From positions 914-64,913 of the forward strand of contig JAQBPR010000026.1 in assembly GCA_028287395.1 (NCBI GenBank): 64,000 nt of DNA, written 5' to 3'. Position 1 is the stretch's first letter. The number at the start of each line of letters is the position of its first letter. Below the pieces are notes generated by a model that ran no database searches, was not told the origin of the DNA, and saw nothing but the letters and a program-made list of their open reading frames with translations. A program made the translations under genes and the position numbers. Source of the stretch: Bacilli bacterium (lineage in GTDB: Bacteria > Bacillota > Bacilli > Paenibacillales > NBRC-103111). Positions 36,327-47,013 of this stretch are shown in pieces.

Positions 36327-37622
36327 TTAGTCTTCTATCAATTCAATCTCAGCACCTAGAGCAAGCAGATGTTTAAAATATTGCGGGTAAGATTTCGCGA
36401 CGTGGTGCGCATCATGAATCACAAGTCCTTGCTTAGAACGCAGACCTACTACAGTTAAAGCCATGATCACACGATGATCGAAATGAGCGTCAATCTCAAC
36501 GCCTCCAGAAACCCCATTTGGCTTACCATGAACGATAATTTCGCTTTGTTTCTCTTCAACGTCGGCTCCTGCTTTACGCAGCTCCCGAAGAAAATCAGTA
36601 ATGCGATCACATTCTTTGTATCGCAAATTTTCTACATTGTAAAAACGCGAAGTACCCTCAGCAAATACGGCAGCCGCCACCATTGCAAGCACGCCGTCTG
36701 TAAAATGGTCTCCGTCAAATTCCCCAGCTTTCAGCACCTGATTACCTAAAACATGGACAGTTCCATTCTCATGGACAATGTTAACTCCCATGGCCTTCAG
36801 CACATCAACAACGGCTCGTTCACCTTGTTTACTTTGCTCGGGCAAACGAAATATTTTCACATCTGAATGGGTGACAGCTGCTGCCGCAAGTATCGCAGCC
36901 GATCCAGGATAATCACCTTGTACTACATATTTTTGTGCTGAATAGGATTGATTTCCTTTGATTTGATAATGCATTAAATCTGCGCTGGCTTCGACTTGAA
37001 TTCCCGCTTGCGCTAAAACTTCCAAGGTTTGTCCAATAATCACTTTTGATTTTAAGTCGTGCAAAACTTCTATCTCGCTATCTTCTTCAAGCAAGGGACA
37101 CATAAATAAAAGCGAGCTTAAAAATTGTGAACTGACATTGCCTGAGACCGTGATCTTCCCTCCTCGCGGATGTCCACCATCTATGGTTATTGGCAATTTT
37201 CCTTCGTTATGTTGGATCTTTATCCCCATTTGCTTCAATGAATCGATCAAATCATGATGTGGACGTTTGCCTAAAGAATGAGGATAGGAATTTACGAAAG
37301 TCAGATTTGAACAAAACGATGCGATGGACATTAAAAAACGCAGCACAGCTCCCGCATTGCCAACATTAAGTTCCTTAATGTCTTTTGGATGACGGCCAAA
37401 ACCAGTAATCGTTATCTTCTCATCATCTTCCTCAATAATAGCTCCCAAATCTCTTATACAACGACGCATAGCGTCACTATCTTCACTGTGAGCAGGATAA
37501 TAAATGGTGCTTGTGCCTTCGGCTAAAGCAGCTATAAGTAAATAACGAGTGGTATAGTTTTTGGACGAGAGCGCGTTAATTTCTCCCTGCAATCGTTCAA
37601 CAGGTTTTATGATAGCCTTCAT
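36327..37622 (-). CDS. aroA: 3-phosphoshikimate 1-carboxyvinyltransferase (EPSP synthase)
   Basis: 'SKNYTTR', 'GNAGAVLRF', 'SSQF', 'KECDR', 'DHR', 'KSYP'. Confidence 0.95.
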   Translation of the reverse strand: MKAIIKPVERLQGEINALSSKNYTTRYLLIAALAEGTSTIYYPAHSEDSDAMRRCIRDLGAIIEEDDEKITITGFGRHPKDIKELNVGNAGAVLRFLMSIASFCSNLTFVNSYPHSLGKRPHHDLIDSLKQMGIKIQHNEGKLPITIDGGHPRGGKITVSGNVSSQFLSSLLFMCPLLEEDSEIEVLHDLKSKVIIGQTLEVLAQAGIQVEASADLMHYQIKGNQSYSAQKYVVQGDYPGSAAILAAAAVTHSDVKIFRLPEQSKQGERAVVDVLKAMGVNIVHENGTVHVLGNQVLKAGEFDGDHFTDGVLAMVAAAVFAEGTSRFYNVENLRYKECDRITDFLRELRKAGADVEEKQSEIIVHGKPNGVSGGVEIDAHFDHRVIMALTVVGLRSKQGLVIHDAHHVAKSYPQYFKHLLALGAEIELIED

Positions 37623-37680
37623 TTTATGGAATTCTCCTTTTAGTATAAATTAAGCTTAAGTTTAACATAAAGTTCGTTAC

Positions 37681-38853
37681 TTAGGAATTGCTTTGAATAA
37701 GCCAACCGACGAATCCACCGCCAAGGACGAGCCAAATGGAGTTGATTTTATAACGTAAAAGGATAAATAAAGCTGCTGCTGCAAGCAAGTATGTCCACCA
37801 ATCCATCAATGCAGTTCTTCCTAATTGATAGCTTACAAAGACCATCAAACCAAACGAAGCTGCATTAATGCCATCAAGCAATCGGGATAACCAAACCGAT
37901 TGTCTTAATTTTGTCGACCATGGACTAATTAAAGCCACGAAGATAAACGCCGGCAAAAAAATAGCTAAGGTTGCTAAGAATGCGCCAGCATTTCCCTGAA
38001 TTAAGTATCCTACAAAGGTGGCTGTTGTAAATACGGGACCCGGTGTAAATTGCCCCACAGAAACAGCGTCCAACAATTGCTGCGATGTTAAAGCGCCGAA
38101 ATGCTCGACAAAATCAGATTGTAAAAATGCAAGCAGCACATATCCGCTTCCATAAAGCACAGAGCCTATTTTTAAAAAAGTGAAAAATAATGAAGTCAGA
38201 CCAAGGGGAGCTAGCTTAGAATTTGTTGTTACAGGTAAAGTCGCATCGGATAAAGAAAGCAATGGCAAGGGTATCCAAGCTGTAAAAAATGAGTTTTGGG
38301 TTAGATTTTTCCGATTCATCCATAGCATGATTCCCACTCCGGATAAAAGCAGCAGTAAAAGCTCATTCCATCCCATTATGGAAAAAACCACAGCAATTGC
38401 AACAACTATACCAGTAGGGAAAGATTTTACTGCGGTTTTGCCAAGACTCCACAGGGCTTGTAAAACAATGGCGATAATGACTGGTTTAATACCATAGATC
38501 ACATACGATAGCTCTGGTACGGTTTGATAGCGCTGATAAAGCATTGCAAGCAGCCAAACAATGAGCATTGCAGGTGTGATAAAGCAAACGCCCGCTGTCA
38601 ACAAACCAAGCCAACCAGCGCGCTTATATCCCAAATGGATCGCCAATTCTGTCGAATTCGGACCCGGAATGAGATTAGAGGCGCCTAGTAAATCCAGAAA
38701 GGTGGCACGGTTCACCCATTGTCGCCGTTTTACAATTTCATCATCCATCATCGCAATATGAGCAGCCGGTCCGCCAAATGCCGTTGTGCCCAATTTCAGA
38801 AAAACTAGAGCGACTTCTTTAAGCTGCTTTCTTTTTATTACATTCATTGGCAT
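37681..38853 (-). CDS. chrA: Chromate efflux transporter (long-chain CHR)
   Basis: 'AFGGPAAHIAMM', 'IPGPNSTELAIHLG', 'YGSGYVL', 'TPGPVFTTATFVG'. Confidence 0.93.
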   Translation of the reverse strand: MPMNVIKRKQLKEVALVFLKLGTTAFGGPAAHIAMMDDEIVKRRQWVNRATFLDLLGASNLIPGPNSTELAIHLGYKRAGWLGLLTAGVCFITPAMLIVWLLAMLYQRYQTVPELSYVIYGIKPVIIAIVLQALWSLGKTAVKSFPTGIVVAIAVVFSIMGWNELLLLLLSGVGIMLWMNRKNLTQNSFFTAWIPLPLLSLSDATLPVTTNSKLAPLGLTSLFFTFLKIGSVLYGSGYVLLAFLQSDFVEHFGALTSQQLLDAVSVGQFTPGPVFTTATFVGYLIQGNAGAFLATLAIFLPAFIFVALISPWSTKLRQSVWLSRLLDGINAASFGLMVFVSYQLGRTALMDWWTYLLAAAALFILLRYKINSIWLVLGGGFVGWLIQSNS

Positions 38854-38951
38854 GCACTTTCCCTTATTCAATATTAAGCGTATTGTTTGACATCACTTAT
38901 TTTTGAACTTATCATAATCATTATAAATATTTAACGAGAGGATATGACGCC

Positions 38952-39251
38952 ATGATCGAGTTCATTTCACCAGTAGAATTGAAAGAAAAATTAAAACAAG
39001 AGGTGAAATTAACCATTATCGATGTTCGTGAAGCAGAAGAAGTTGCCGAAGGAATAATACCTGGGGCCATCCACATCCCACTGGCTGAAATTCCGCAAAG
39101 AATGAGCGAAATTCCACAAACGGATGAAATTATATTAGTTTGCCGCAGTGGCAAGCGCAGTCAAAAAGCATATGAATTTTTACAATCCCAAGGAGTTCCT
39201 GGACTTAAAAATATGAGCGGCGGCATGCTGGAATGGATTCAAACGGACTAA
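38952..39251 (+). CDS. Single-domain rhodanese-like sulfurtransferase
   Basis: 'IIDVRE', 'GIIPGAIHIP', active loop 'CRSGKRS', 'GGMLEW'. Confidence 0.92.
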   Translation: MIEFISPVELKEKLKQEVKLTIIDVREAEEVAEGIIPGAIHIPLAEIPQRMSEIPQTDEIILVCRSGKRSQKAYEFLQSQGVPGLKNMSGGMLEWIQTD

Positions 39252-39769
39252 ACGAGTTTGTTCCCTTTGTTATAAATCACCAGTATTCGATGTGCAATAT
39301 GTTCAACCCGCAATTTATCCGTAGAGATTTTCGCATCTGCAAAATCGTACGCATGCTTTCGTTTCTCCAACAGCATAGGCACAACCTCTTGCGGGTTCCC
39401 TTGCAACAACGGACGGTTTCGATCCCCGCCTACTCGTTGAATGATCGTATCTACAGATGCTGTAAGCGCGATGACGAAGCCGTTCTGTTTCATGTAAGCC
39501 CTATTCTCTTTCAAAAGCACAGCCCCTCCTCCTGTTGAAATCACTTGATTAGATTTACTTAAAATATCTCGTATGGCACCCGTTTCTACCTCACGAAAAT
39601 ACATTTCACCTCGATTTGCGAAGAGCTCAGGAATACTAGCCCCTTCCTGCTTCTCTATATAATGATCGGTGTCGATAAATTCCCAACCTAGTTTTTCCGC
39701 TAAAAATCGGCCTACGGTTGATTTTCCTGTACCCATAAACCCCACTAGCACGATATTATTGCGCTGCAC
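39248..39769 (-). CDS. aroK: Shikimate kinase
   Basis: 'GFMGTGKSTVG', 'FREVE', 'STGGG', 'RPLL'. Confidence 0.95.
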   Translation of the reverse strand: MQRNNIVLVGFMGTGKSTVGRFLAEKLGWEFIDTDHYIEKQEGASIPELFANRGEMYFREVETGAIRDILSKSNQVISTGGGAVLLKENRAYMKQNGFVIALTASVDTIIQRVGGDRNRPLLQGNPQEVVPMLLEKRKHAYDFADAKISTDKLRVEHIAHRILVIYNKGNKLV

Positions 39770-39877
39770 AATGATTCCCTCTTTCTCTATTCTTCTTTAA
39801 TTTATCGGGAGATGATGAATAAATTCTTATTATTGTAGTAAGGATGATAGTAGAAAATAGTGATTGGAGACGATGAA

Positions 39878-40174
39878 ATGATACGATCGGCAGAGAAAAC
39901 CAACCTAGTTCAACAAAAACTGGAACAAATATCAAATCCGACACACCCTTTATGTCGGGAAGATGTAGTTTGGATGTTAGAATGGATTAAAAAAAAGGTG
40001 GCTGAGAAAGATCCGCTTTTATTGGACCTCTCACAACCACTTTTATTACAAAGATTTCAAGCTTTTGCCGAAGTGGCTTTAATGCTTATACAACGCAGAC
40101 CTGTTTGTGATCAAGAAGTAACGCATCTAAAATCTTGGATCCTTGAGACTGCGTTTATGGGAAGCATAACTTAG
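39878..40174 (+). CDS. Hypothetical protein
   Basis: ORF fills the aroK-gndA gap; GGAG SD before ATG 39878. Confidence 0.6.
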   Translation: MIRSAEKTNLVQQKLEQISNPTHPLCREDVVWMLEWIKKKVAEKDPLLLDLSQPLLLQRFQAFAEVALMLIQRRPVCDQEVTHLKSWILETAFMGSIT

Positions 40175-41583
40175 TTTTCCATCCATTGAAAATGAAAGCT
40201 GCCTTCTTTATCGACCCGTTGGAACGTATGTGCTCCAAAATAATCTCTTTGTGCTTGCAATAAGTTAGCTGGCAGTCTTTCTGTGCGATAGCTGTCGTAA
40301 TAAGCCAAAGCGGAAGCAAAGCAAGGAACAGGAATCCCTCTTGAAACTGCTATTGCAATAACATGTCTCCATGCTTCTTGATAATTTTCAATTATACCTC
40401 TGAAGTAGCTATCTAATAAAAGATTTTTCAAGGCAGGATCTTTGTCATAAGCATCTTTAATATTCTGTAAGAAAGCCGCGCGTATAATGCAACCACCACG
40501 GAATATCATCGAAATACTGCCGTAGTTTAAATTCCAATTGTACTCTTCAGATGCCGCTCTCATTTGAGCAAAGCCCTGTGCATAAGAACAAATTTTACTT
40601 GCATATAGAGCTTTACGAATTGCCTCGATGAATTCTTTGCGATCCCCATCATACTTGGATAGCTTTGGACCTTTTAACAATTTGCTCGCAGCAACACGCT
40701 CTTCTTTCATCGCTGAAATAAAGCGGGTAAATACCGATTCTGTAATAATGGATAGTGGAACACCCAAATCCAATGAACTTTGGCTTGTCCATTTGCCTGT
40801 ACCTTTTTGTCCTGCTGAATCAAGAATGACATCTACCATGGGTTTACCCGTGTCCGGATCTGTTTTCGAAAAAATATCAGTTGTGATTTCAATTAAGTAG
40901 CTGTCTAATTCACCTTTATTCCATTCCGAAAAAATTTCATGAAGCTCGCTGGTGCTGACATTCAAAACATCTTTCAGCAATTGATAGGCTTCGCAAATAA
41001 GCTGCATATCACCATACTCGATACCGTTATGCACCATTTTCACATAGTGACCCGCACCATCGGGCCCGATATAGGTACAACATGGATCACCATTCACTTT
41101 AGCAGAAATCGCAGTTAAAATAGGTTCCACTAATTTATAAGCATCTTCTTGACCGCCTGGCATGATTGCCGGACCTTTTAAAGCACCTTCCTCACCTCCG
41201 GATACACCCGTACCGATAAAACGGAATCCTTGGGCTTGAAGCTCTTTATTTCGTCTCTGTGTATCCGGAAAAAACGAGTTTCCGCCATCGATCAATATAT
41301 CGCCTGGGCTTAAAAAAGGAATCAGTTGGTTAATCGTATCATCTGTAGCTTGACCTGCTTTAACCATGATTAATATTTTACGTGGTGTTTCCAAAGAGTG
41401 AACAAACTCTTCCACGCTAAATGTCCCCAATAATTTTTTCTCAGGAGCTTCTGCAAGCAACTCGTTCGTTTTCTCCGGAGAACGATTAAATAAGGAAACC
41501 GAGAATCCTCTGCTTTCAATATTCAGGGCAAGATTTTTTCCCATGACGGCTAAGCCGACCACACCAATTTGCTGTTTATCCAT
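40171..41583 (-). CDS. gndA: NADP-dependent 6-phosphogluconate dehydrogenase
   Basis: '[12 protein letters not shown]', 'FNRS', '[14 protein letters not shown]', '[11 protein letters not shown]'. Confidence 0.97.
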   Translation of the reverse strand: MDKQQIGVVGLAVMGKNLALNIESRGFSVSLFNRSPEKTNELLAEAPEKKLLGTFSVEEFVHSLETPRKILIMVKAGQATDDTINQLIPFLSPGDILIDGGNSFFPDTQRRNKELQAQGFRFIGTGVSGGEEGALKGPAIMPGGQEDAYKLVEPILTAISAKVNGDPCCTYIGPDGAGHYVKMVHNGIEYGDMQLICEAYQLLKDVLNVSTSELHEIFSEWNKGELDSYLIEITTDIFSKTDPDTGKPMVDVILDSAGQKGTGKWTSQSSLDLGVPLSIITESVFTRFISAMKEERVAASKLLKGPKLSKYDGDRKEFIEAIRKALYASKICSYAQGFAQMRAASEEYNWNLNYGSISMIFRGGCIIRAAFLQNIKDAYDKDPALKNLLLDSYFRGIIENYQEAWRHVIAIAVSRGIPVPCFASALAYYDSYRTERLPANLLQAQRDYFGAHTFQRVDKEGSFHFQWMEN

Positions 41584-41742
41584 AATTTTACAACAACCTC
41601 TCTGCATAATGTTTCTTATCTAAAAATCATAATAACATATGATAGCGTTACGTAAAAATTTTTTCAATATAATTTAAAAAAGATCCTTGGCCATAGGGCA
41701 CAAAGATCTTCAGGAAAAAATATATTTCATCGTCTACCATCC

Positions 41743-42339
41743 TTATAATTCAAGTTTAACCATTTCTTGGTAAAGATCCTCGAGCTTCTGTTTGATATTG
41801 GCTTTCGCCTGCTCATCTTCCGATTGCATGGCATCATACATTTCTAAAAGCGCATAATCTAATTCTAAGCGCAAGATGGGAATGCGTTGTTCGATTCTTT
41901 GCGAAACGATCGCCCGTTTCATATCCGCATCGGTAATGACGGGTTCACGCTGATACAATACTTTGTGTTCCATACCCGTAATTTCAACCATGCGAATAAT
42001 TTCACCAAACATAATGCTTTCAATTAGAATTTGCCGATCCTTAAACCGTTTGACAACAGCGTGACCCCTTGTGTCTCCAATCATTTTCTCCATCAGTTCG
42101 ACGAGTTTATCGTCTTTAAAACAATAATCGCCGACAATTTTGAAGCGATCCCCTACTCGCTGGAACATCAGCTTCACCAGCTTTCGTCCTGTACGAATGG
42201 AAACTGTGAATTGTCGTTCACCTTCGTTCCAATACAAGGAATACCCTTCATGGATTAAGGTTTTAATAAAATTTCGGATGAGCCTGCGGTCAAAACGCAA
42301 TTCCAGATTGCAATATTCCACTTCATGACTCTTGCTCAT
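41743..42339 (-). CDS. Hypothetical protein with a C-terminal helical hairpin
   Basis: ORF with GGGAGG SD and a downstream terminator-like hairpin at 41676-41710. Confidence 0.75.
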   Translation of the reverse strand: MSKSHEVEYCNLELRFDRRLIRNFIKTLIHEGYSLYWNEGERQFTVSIRTGRKLVKLMFQRVGDRFKIVGDYCFKDDKLVELMEKMIGDTRGHAVVKRFKDRQILIESIMFGEIIRMVEITGMEHKVLYQREPVITDADMKRAIVSQRIEQRIPILRLELDYALLEMYDAMQSEDEQAKANIKQKLEDLYQEMVKLEL

Positions 42340-42456
42340 GGCCATCCCTCCCCTAATCAATCATCATTTGACAGATGCTCAGGCAACGGTTTCCTTAACT
42401 TTATCTTATTATGAATTCACTGTTTTAGCAACTTATGTTTGTAACATTATTTCTAT

Positions 42457-43605
42457 TTAAATATGTTCATCTGCTGGTTTCAATACACTAAAGCCAAAGG
42501 CGATAAAAACAATGGCAAACAAGACTAAAATGCCCATTTCAAAGCGAATGTCTTGAATAGTTAAACCGGAAGCAAGTTTCATTATAGCATCTATCGCCCA
42601 TTTTTGCGGTACGAAATTAGCAAACTTCTGCAGGAAATCAGGCATAATATTCGTAGGCCAAAAACAACCCCCTAACATGCAGCTGGGTATGATGATGAAA
42701 GATTGGCTCATAGCTACCAAACTGCTTTTCTGAGAATGAGAAAGCATGCAGGCTAAACCAATAGCAGCCAATAGAAAAAGTTCAAATACGAGTAATTGTG
42801 AGAACAAACCGACGCCATAATTTAAGCCAAGCACAAAATGAGAAACAAAAACGATCAAGCACATTTGTACGGAGCCTACAAAAAAGCTTCCGAGTATATG
42901 TCCAAACAATATCTCAATAGTTCTAATTGGCGCAGTATAAACACGCATTAAGGTGCGTTCATGACGATCTTCGGTTATGATATAGATCGTTTTATTAATA
43001 AATCCCATCATAAACATAATAATCAGTCCCACGACCGTATTGAGTTCTGGATTTGGATTTAAATGATTATCCAACAGGGGTGCTTTGTTCGATTCGTTTA
43101 ATTGTTGGCTCCAAATTCGCTTCATTTGCTCGGTTATATAATGATTATCTTGAGAAACCTTAAAAAGCCTCTCCATAGAATGACGAAACAGGGAAATCTC
43201 CAATTGAATATTGGTGGATAACGAAAAAGTGTTCTCCGATTGTCCCCATTCATATTGTGTCAGTTCCGTTTGATCTCCCTGTATAAGGCTTTCGCTGAAT
43301 ATTTCGGGAATAACGAAAGCACCATTTACCTTATTATCCTTGATCTGTTCTTTTAGTTCAGACAATGAATCCAATTGAAAAACTTTGTAATTCGGTTTAG
43401 TCGCCAAGTCCTTGATAAAATAGGTACCAAATTCCCCTTGATCCAAGTTCAATACGCCAATGGATACAGCACTATTGTAAGCATTGCTTAATAAACTGGA
43501 GACCAAATAGCTTAAGACAATAGGCAGTAGAACAAACATGAACCAGCTCCGCTTGTTTCTTAAGGTTCTCTTCACTAGATTGCCGGCAATCAGAAAGCTA
43601 TTCAT
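42457..43605 (-). CDS. ABC-2 type permease (LnrN/YfiN-like)
   Basis: 'MLGGCFWP', 'ANFVPQKWAIDA'; extracellular loop plus multiple TMs. Confidence 0.88.
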   Translation of the reverse strand: MNSFLIAGNLVKRTLRNKRSWFMFVLLPIVLSYLVSSLLSNAYNSAVSIGVLNLDQGEFGTYFIKDLATKPNYKVFQLDSLSELKEQIKDNKVNGAFVIPEIFSESLIQGDQTELTQYEWGQSENTFSLSTNIQLEISLFRHSMERLFKVSQDNHYITEQMKRIWSQQLNESNKAPLLDNHLNPNPELNTVVGLIIMFMMGFINKTIYIITEDRHERTLMRVYTAPIRTIEILFGHILGSFFVGSVQMCLIVFVSHFVLGLNYGVGLFSQLLVFELFLLAAIGLACMLSHSQKSSLVAMSQSFIIIPSCMLGGCFWPTNIMPDFLQKFANFVPQKWAIDAIMKLASGLTIQDIRFEMGILVLFAIVFIAFGFSVLKPADEHI

Positions 43606-44767
43606 GGTACCCCACCCTTCGATAAACCAGCAAGGTTAGAACAATTAATCCGGCGCAAATACAACCGAGGACAGCTAAAGATGGAATGGTTTGTGTAAAA
43701 CTCTTGTTTAAAAAGGCTTGCAGCAAGCTTTGGACCGCCCAATAATTAACGGTGAATTTCTCTAAAAATGCGAATACTTTAAAATGATCCAGATTTGCAG
43801 CAAAGCCACCACTTACAAATGTCATAAAAATAATTATAAATTGCAGAATGGCATGTACTGCCTTTGATGATTTGACAATGAACGCAACCAATGTTCCCAT
43901 GATTATTGAAATAACGATGGAAATGCTGCAAATAATCGTCAAGGTTAGAAACTGATTCCCCCAATCGACGCCAAATATAACCTTCGTACCTATAATGATG
44001 CAAAAAGTTTGAATACTGGCGATAATTCCATTCCCCAATAATATGCCTAAAACGATCTGAAAATTGGGAATCGGCAGCGAATTTAATCGAGATAATGTCC
44101 CATTTTCTCTTTCCCTATTGAATGAAATTCCTGTTGTTAAGCCTGCAAAAAGCATGTACATGATTAAATCTACTGCCGAATAGTATTGAAGAGAGGTATA
44201 ATTTGTGTCTCGTTTAATTCGAATGGGTTCAATGAACGTTTTACGATCTGTTTGAAACAAGTAGGGCCGCTCAGGAAGGTTATTGGCTACAAATTCTCCC
44301 TCGATTTGGTTCCGTTCGATTTGGTCGAAAAATCCGCGTATAATCGTTTGCCCTGTTATATTTTTATTGCTGCTGGTTCCCGAAACAATTTTCCATTGTT
44401 CAGGAAATCCAACTTTTAATTTCTCCGAAAAACCACTTGGAATGATCCATCCAATGTCTGCTTCCTTATTATGAATTAACTGATCCATGCTTGGCAGCGA
44501 ATCTGTGTTTAGAACAATTACATAGTCGTTGATCTTTGATGACGCAAGGTATTCTTGAAACTGATTCATTTGCATTTTCAAATCCTGATTTAGGATTGCA
44601 ATATGAACAGGCTGAACAGGCTGATCCTCCTGTTTAAATTGTTCGGAAAGCGCATTTCCAAGAATAAAGATAATTAACATAGGCACCAGAAATAAGAGTA
44701 AGAATAGGGATGGCTTCCGGATGATTTTCAATTGTATTTGATAAGCAATCACCCATATATTTCTCAT
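43598..44767 (-). CDS. ABC-2 type permease (LnrM/YfiM-like)
   Basis: 'ERENGTLSRL', 'FVSGGF'; overlaps the downstream permease. Confidence 0.88.
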   Translation of the reverse strand: MRNIWVIAYQIQLKIIRKPSLFLLLFLVPMLIIFILGNALSEQFKQEDQPVQPVHIAILNQDLKMQMNQFQEYLASSKINDYVIVLNTDSLPSMDQLIHNKEADIGWIIPSGFSEKLKVGFPEQWKIVSGTSSNKNITGQTIIRGFFDQIERNQIEGEFVANNLPERPYLFQTDRKTFIEPIRIKRDTNYTSLQYYSAVDLIMYMLFAGLTTGISFNRERENGTLSRLNSLPIPNFQIVLGILLGNGIIASIQTFCIIIGTKVIFGVDWGNQFLTLTIICSISIVISIIMGTLVAFIVKSSKAVHAILQFIIIFMTFVSGGFAANLDHFKVFAFLEKFTVNYWAVQSLLQAFLNKSFTQTIPSLAVLGCICAGLIVLTLLVYRRVGYHE

Positions 44768-44776
44768 GATTTACTC

Positions 44777-45712
44777 CTAATCTCTTAATTTGCGACCTGT
44801 CAGTGCTAAAAATAGGGATTCCAAATCAGGCTCCACTCGATTTAAGGAATGGATAATGACTTGGTGCTTAGCTAATATATATAAAATATCTTGCAAGTAT
44901 TGCTGCGCCGATGTGAGAATAATTTCAATTGTCGTATGATCTAGGGTGACTTTTGAGATTTTCGGATGCTTTTGCAATTCAACAATCGCTTCTGGATTTA
45001 CAACTGCAACCTGAATATTTATTTGTTCGTCTTTTGCTACTGATTTACGAAGTTCGGCTTGAGTTCCTATACTAATTAAATGACCTTGATCAATAATACC
45101 TACACGTGTGCTGATTGCTTCTACTTCCTCCATGTAATGGCTTGTATAAATAATCGTCGATCCCATCTGATTTAATTTTTTTACAGAGTCCAAAATATGA
45201 TTTCTTGATTGTGGATCAATGCCAACTGTCGGCTCGTCCATTATAATTAGTTTGGGTCGATGCATAATGGCGCAAGCGATATTCAAACGGCGCTTCATCC
45301 CTCCTGAAAACGATTCAGGCCGTTCAAAACGATGCTCTAATAAACCTGCAAATGCCAAAGCTTCCTCCACTTGATCGATTAATTTAGTTCCTCGTAATCC
45401 GTATAATTTAGCGAAAAAAATCACGTTTTCTTGTGCAGTCAGCCCAGAATAAATAGCGATTTCTTGCGGAACCAGCCCAATTCTTCTTTTTACTTCCAAA
45501 GGATGTTTTGCAACAGAAATGCCGTCAACTAAAATTTCACCATGATCAAACGGCAGCAGACCGACAAGCATCTTAATTGTCGTGCTTTTTCCAGCTCCAT
45601 TCGGTCCAAGCAGTCCGAATATTTCGCCTTCTTCAATCGTTAAATTTAAATGGTCTACAGAAAGGCTCGTGCCATATCTTTTTACAACATCTTTGATTTC
45701 TACTAATGACAT
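44777..45712 (-). CDS. ABC transporter ATP-binding protein (LnrL/YfiL-like)
   Basis: 'GPNGAGKST', 'FSGGMKRRLNIA', 'DEPTVGIDPQSRNHI', 'YTSHYMEE'. Confidence 0.94.
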   Translation of the reverse strand: MSLVEIKDVVKRYGTSLSVDHLNLTIEEGEIFGLLGPNGAGKSTTIKMLVGLLPFDHGEILVDGISVAKHPLEVKRRIGLVPQEIAIYSGLTAQENVIFFAKLYGLRGTKLIDQVEEALAFAGLLEHRFERPESFSGGMKRRLNIACAIMHRPKLIIMDEPTVGIDPQSRNHILDSVKKLNQMGSTIIYTSHYMEEVEAISTRVGIIDQGHLISIGTQAELRKSVAKDEQINIQVAVVNPEAIVELQKHPKISKVTLDHTTIEIILTSAQQYLQDILYILAKHQVIIHSLNRVEPDLESLFLALTGRKLRD

Positions 45713-45774
45713 GCTTGCTCACTCCTTGCACGATTCCCTTCAACCATTATACATCAGCTATGCAAGGGGTAAAG

Positions 45775-45811
45775 GTAGCTATGGTCATATAAACAAATGA
45801 CTTAAGTCATT
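45775..45811. promoter_or_regulatory. Putative NarL-family response regulator operator between the divergent ABC and TCS operons
   Basis: Perfect palindrome AATGACTTAAGTCATT (45796-45811) plus degenerate copy GTAGCTATGGTCAT (45775-45788). Confidence 0.6.
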
Positions 45812-45879
45812 ATTAATGGTTTGTATGCTATAATTTAGCTGTGCCATCCATCATTTCGAAAAGGAATGAATCCAAATCC

Positions 45880-47013
45880 GTGAAGCTCTCCCTATCGACG
45901 ATCCGATATATCCTTATGTTACTGCCGATTATTTTTACCATTTACTTGACTAAAGTCGTGTCGTACGACAAATACATATTTTATACGCTTGCCCTGATCA
46001 TCCTCGTAAGATTAAGGGGGAAATGGCTGCCGATTCGTTACCAATCGGCATTATTCTTAGTTGAAATTTGTTATATTGCCTGGTTATTTATGCACTATAA
46101 CGGTATTATTTTTGTTGTATTCTGTTCTTCACTGATCTCTTTATTTCAATTACAATATTTACGTTCGCGTAATCTATGGATTGTTTTCACAGCCATTTTA
46201 ATGAATTATACAGCTGCCACAGAATCGTTGACCGTGCTTTTATTCGCAAATATATTATTTTTCGCCACCGCATTTTTTCTAATTTACGCGCAGCATATGT
46301 CCGTTGGCAGAGAAGAATTGCAAAGCTTATACGACGAGCTTAAACGCAAGCATTATGAACTCGATGAAGCAAGAGAGCGTTTGCTCGACTATGCTAAAAT
46401 TGTAGAAAGCAGTGCGCAAATAGAAGAACGTAATCGTATTTCGCACGATATTCATGATGATTTGGGACACAAGTTGATCCGTTTGAAAATGATGATGGAA
46501 GCCATCATTCAAATCCTCCCTCAGCAGCAGGAAAAAGGCATGCAAATGATTCATCAAGTGCGTGATCAATTAACGGAAAGCATGGAAACCTTGCGTTTAA
46601 CGCTTCGTAGAATGAAGCCTGACGAAACGGTTTCTCACAGCTTTTCTATCGATAAATTAGTCGAGGATTTGAGCCAGGATAACCATATTCAAGCAAGCTA
46701 TGAGATTAGTGGAATTCCTTATCCTCTCTATCCGAGCTGTGAGATTGTGATTTATCGCAATGCGCAAGAGGCCATTACAAACGCAATACGTCATGGTAAA
46801 GCAACTGAAATATCGATTCGATTGCATTATGAACCCAAACAAATCACTTTGCAGGTAAGTAACAATGGTTTAATCCCCGCTAAAATCACCCAAAAAGGAA
46901 TAGGTTTGAGCGGCATGGAAGAGCGCACATATGTACTTGGCGGAAAATTACGCTTTGAATATTCAGTACCATTTACAGTATCCACCATAATCCCGGTTAT
47001 GCAAAATAACTAA
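45880..47013 (+). CDS. HisKA_3 membrane sensor histidine kinase
   Basis: 'EERNRISHDIHDDLGH', 'QEAITNAIRHG', 'GIGLSGMEER'. Confidence 0.93.
   Translation: MKLSLSTIRYILMLLPIIFTIYLTKVVSYDKYIFYTLALIILVRLRGKWLPIRYQSALFLVEICYIAWLFMHYNGIIFVVFCSSLISLFQLQYLRSRNLWIVFTAILMNYTAATESLTVLLFANILFFATAFFLIYAQHMSVGREELQSLYDELKRKHYELDEARERLLDYAKIVESSAQIEERNRISHDIHDDLGHKLIRLKMMMEAIIQILPQQQEKGMQMIHQVRDQLTESMETLRLTLRRMKPDETVSHSFSIDKLVEDLSQDNHIQASYEISGIPYPLYPSCEIVIYRNAQEAITNAIRHGKATEISIRLHYEPKQITLQVSNNGLIPAKITQKGIGLSGMEERTYVLGGKLRFEYSVPFTVSTIIPVMQNN

Noticed and set aside
41640-41653. cre site upstream of gndA (TGATAGCGTTACGT)
   Set aside because: The right half deviates from consensus (no terminal CA); too weak to call
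41743-42339. NRPS or biosynthetic role for the gene next to the ABC exporter
   Set aside because: No condensation, adenylation or carrier-protein motifs, and no biosynthetic cluster nearby
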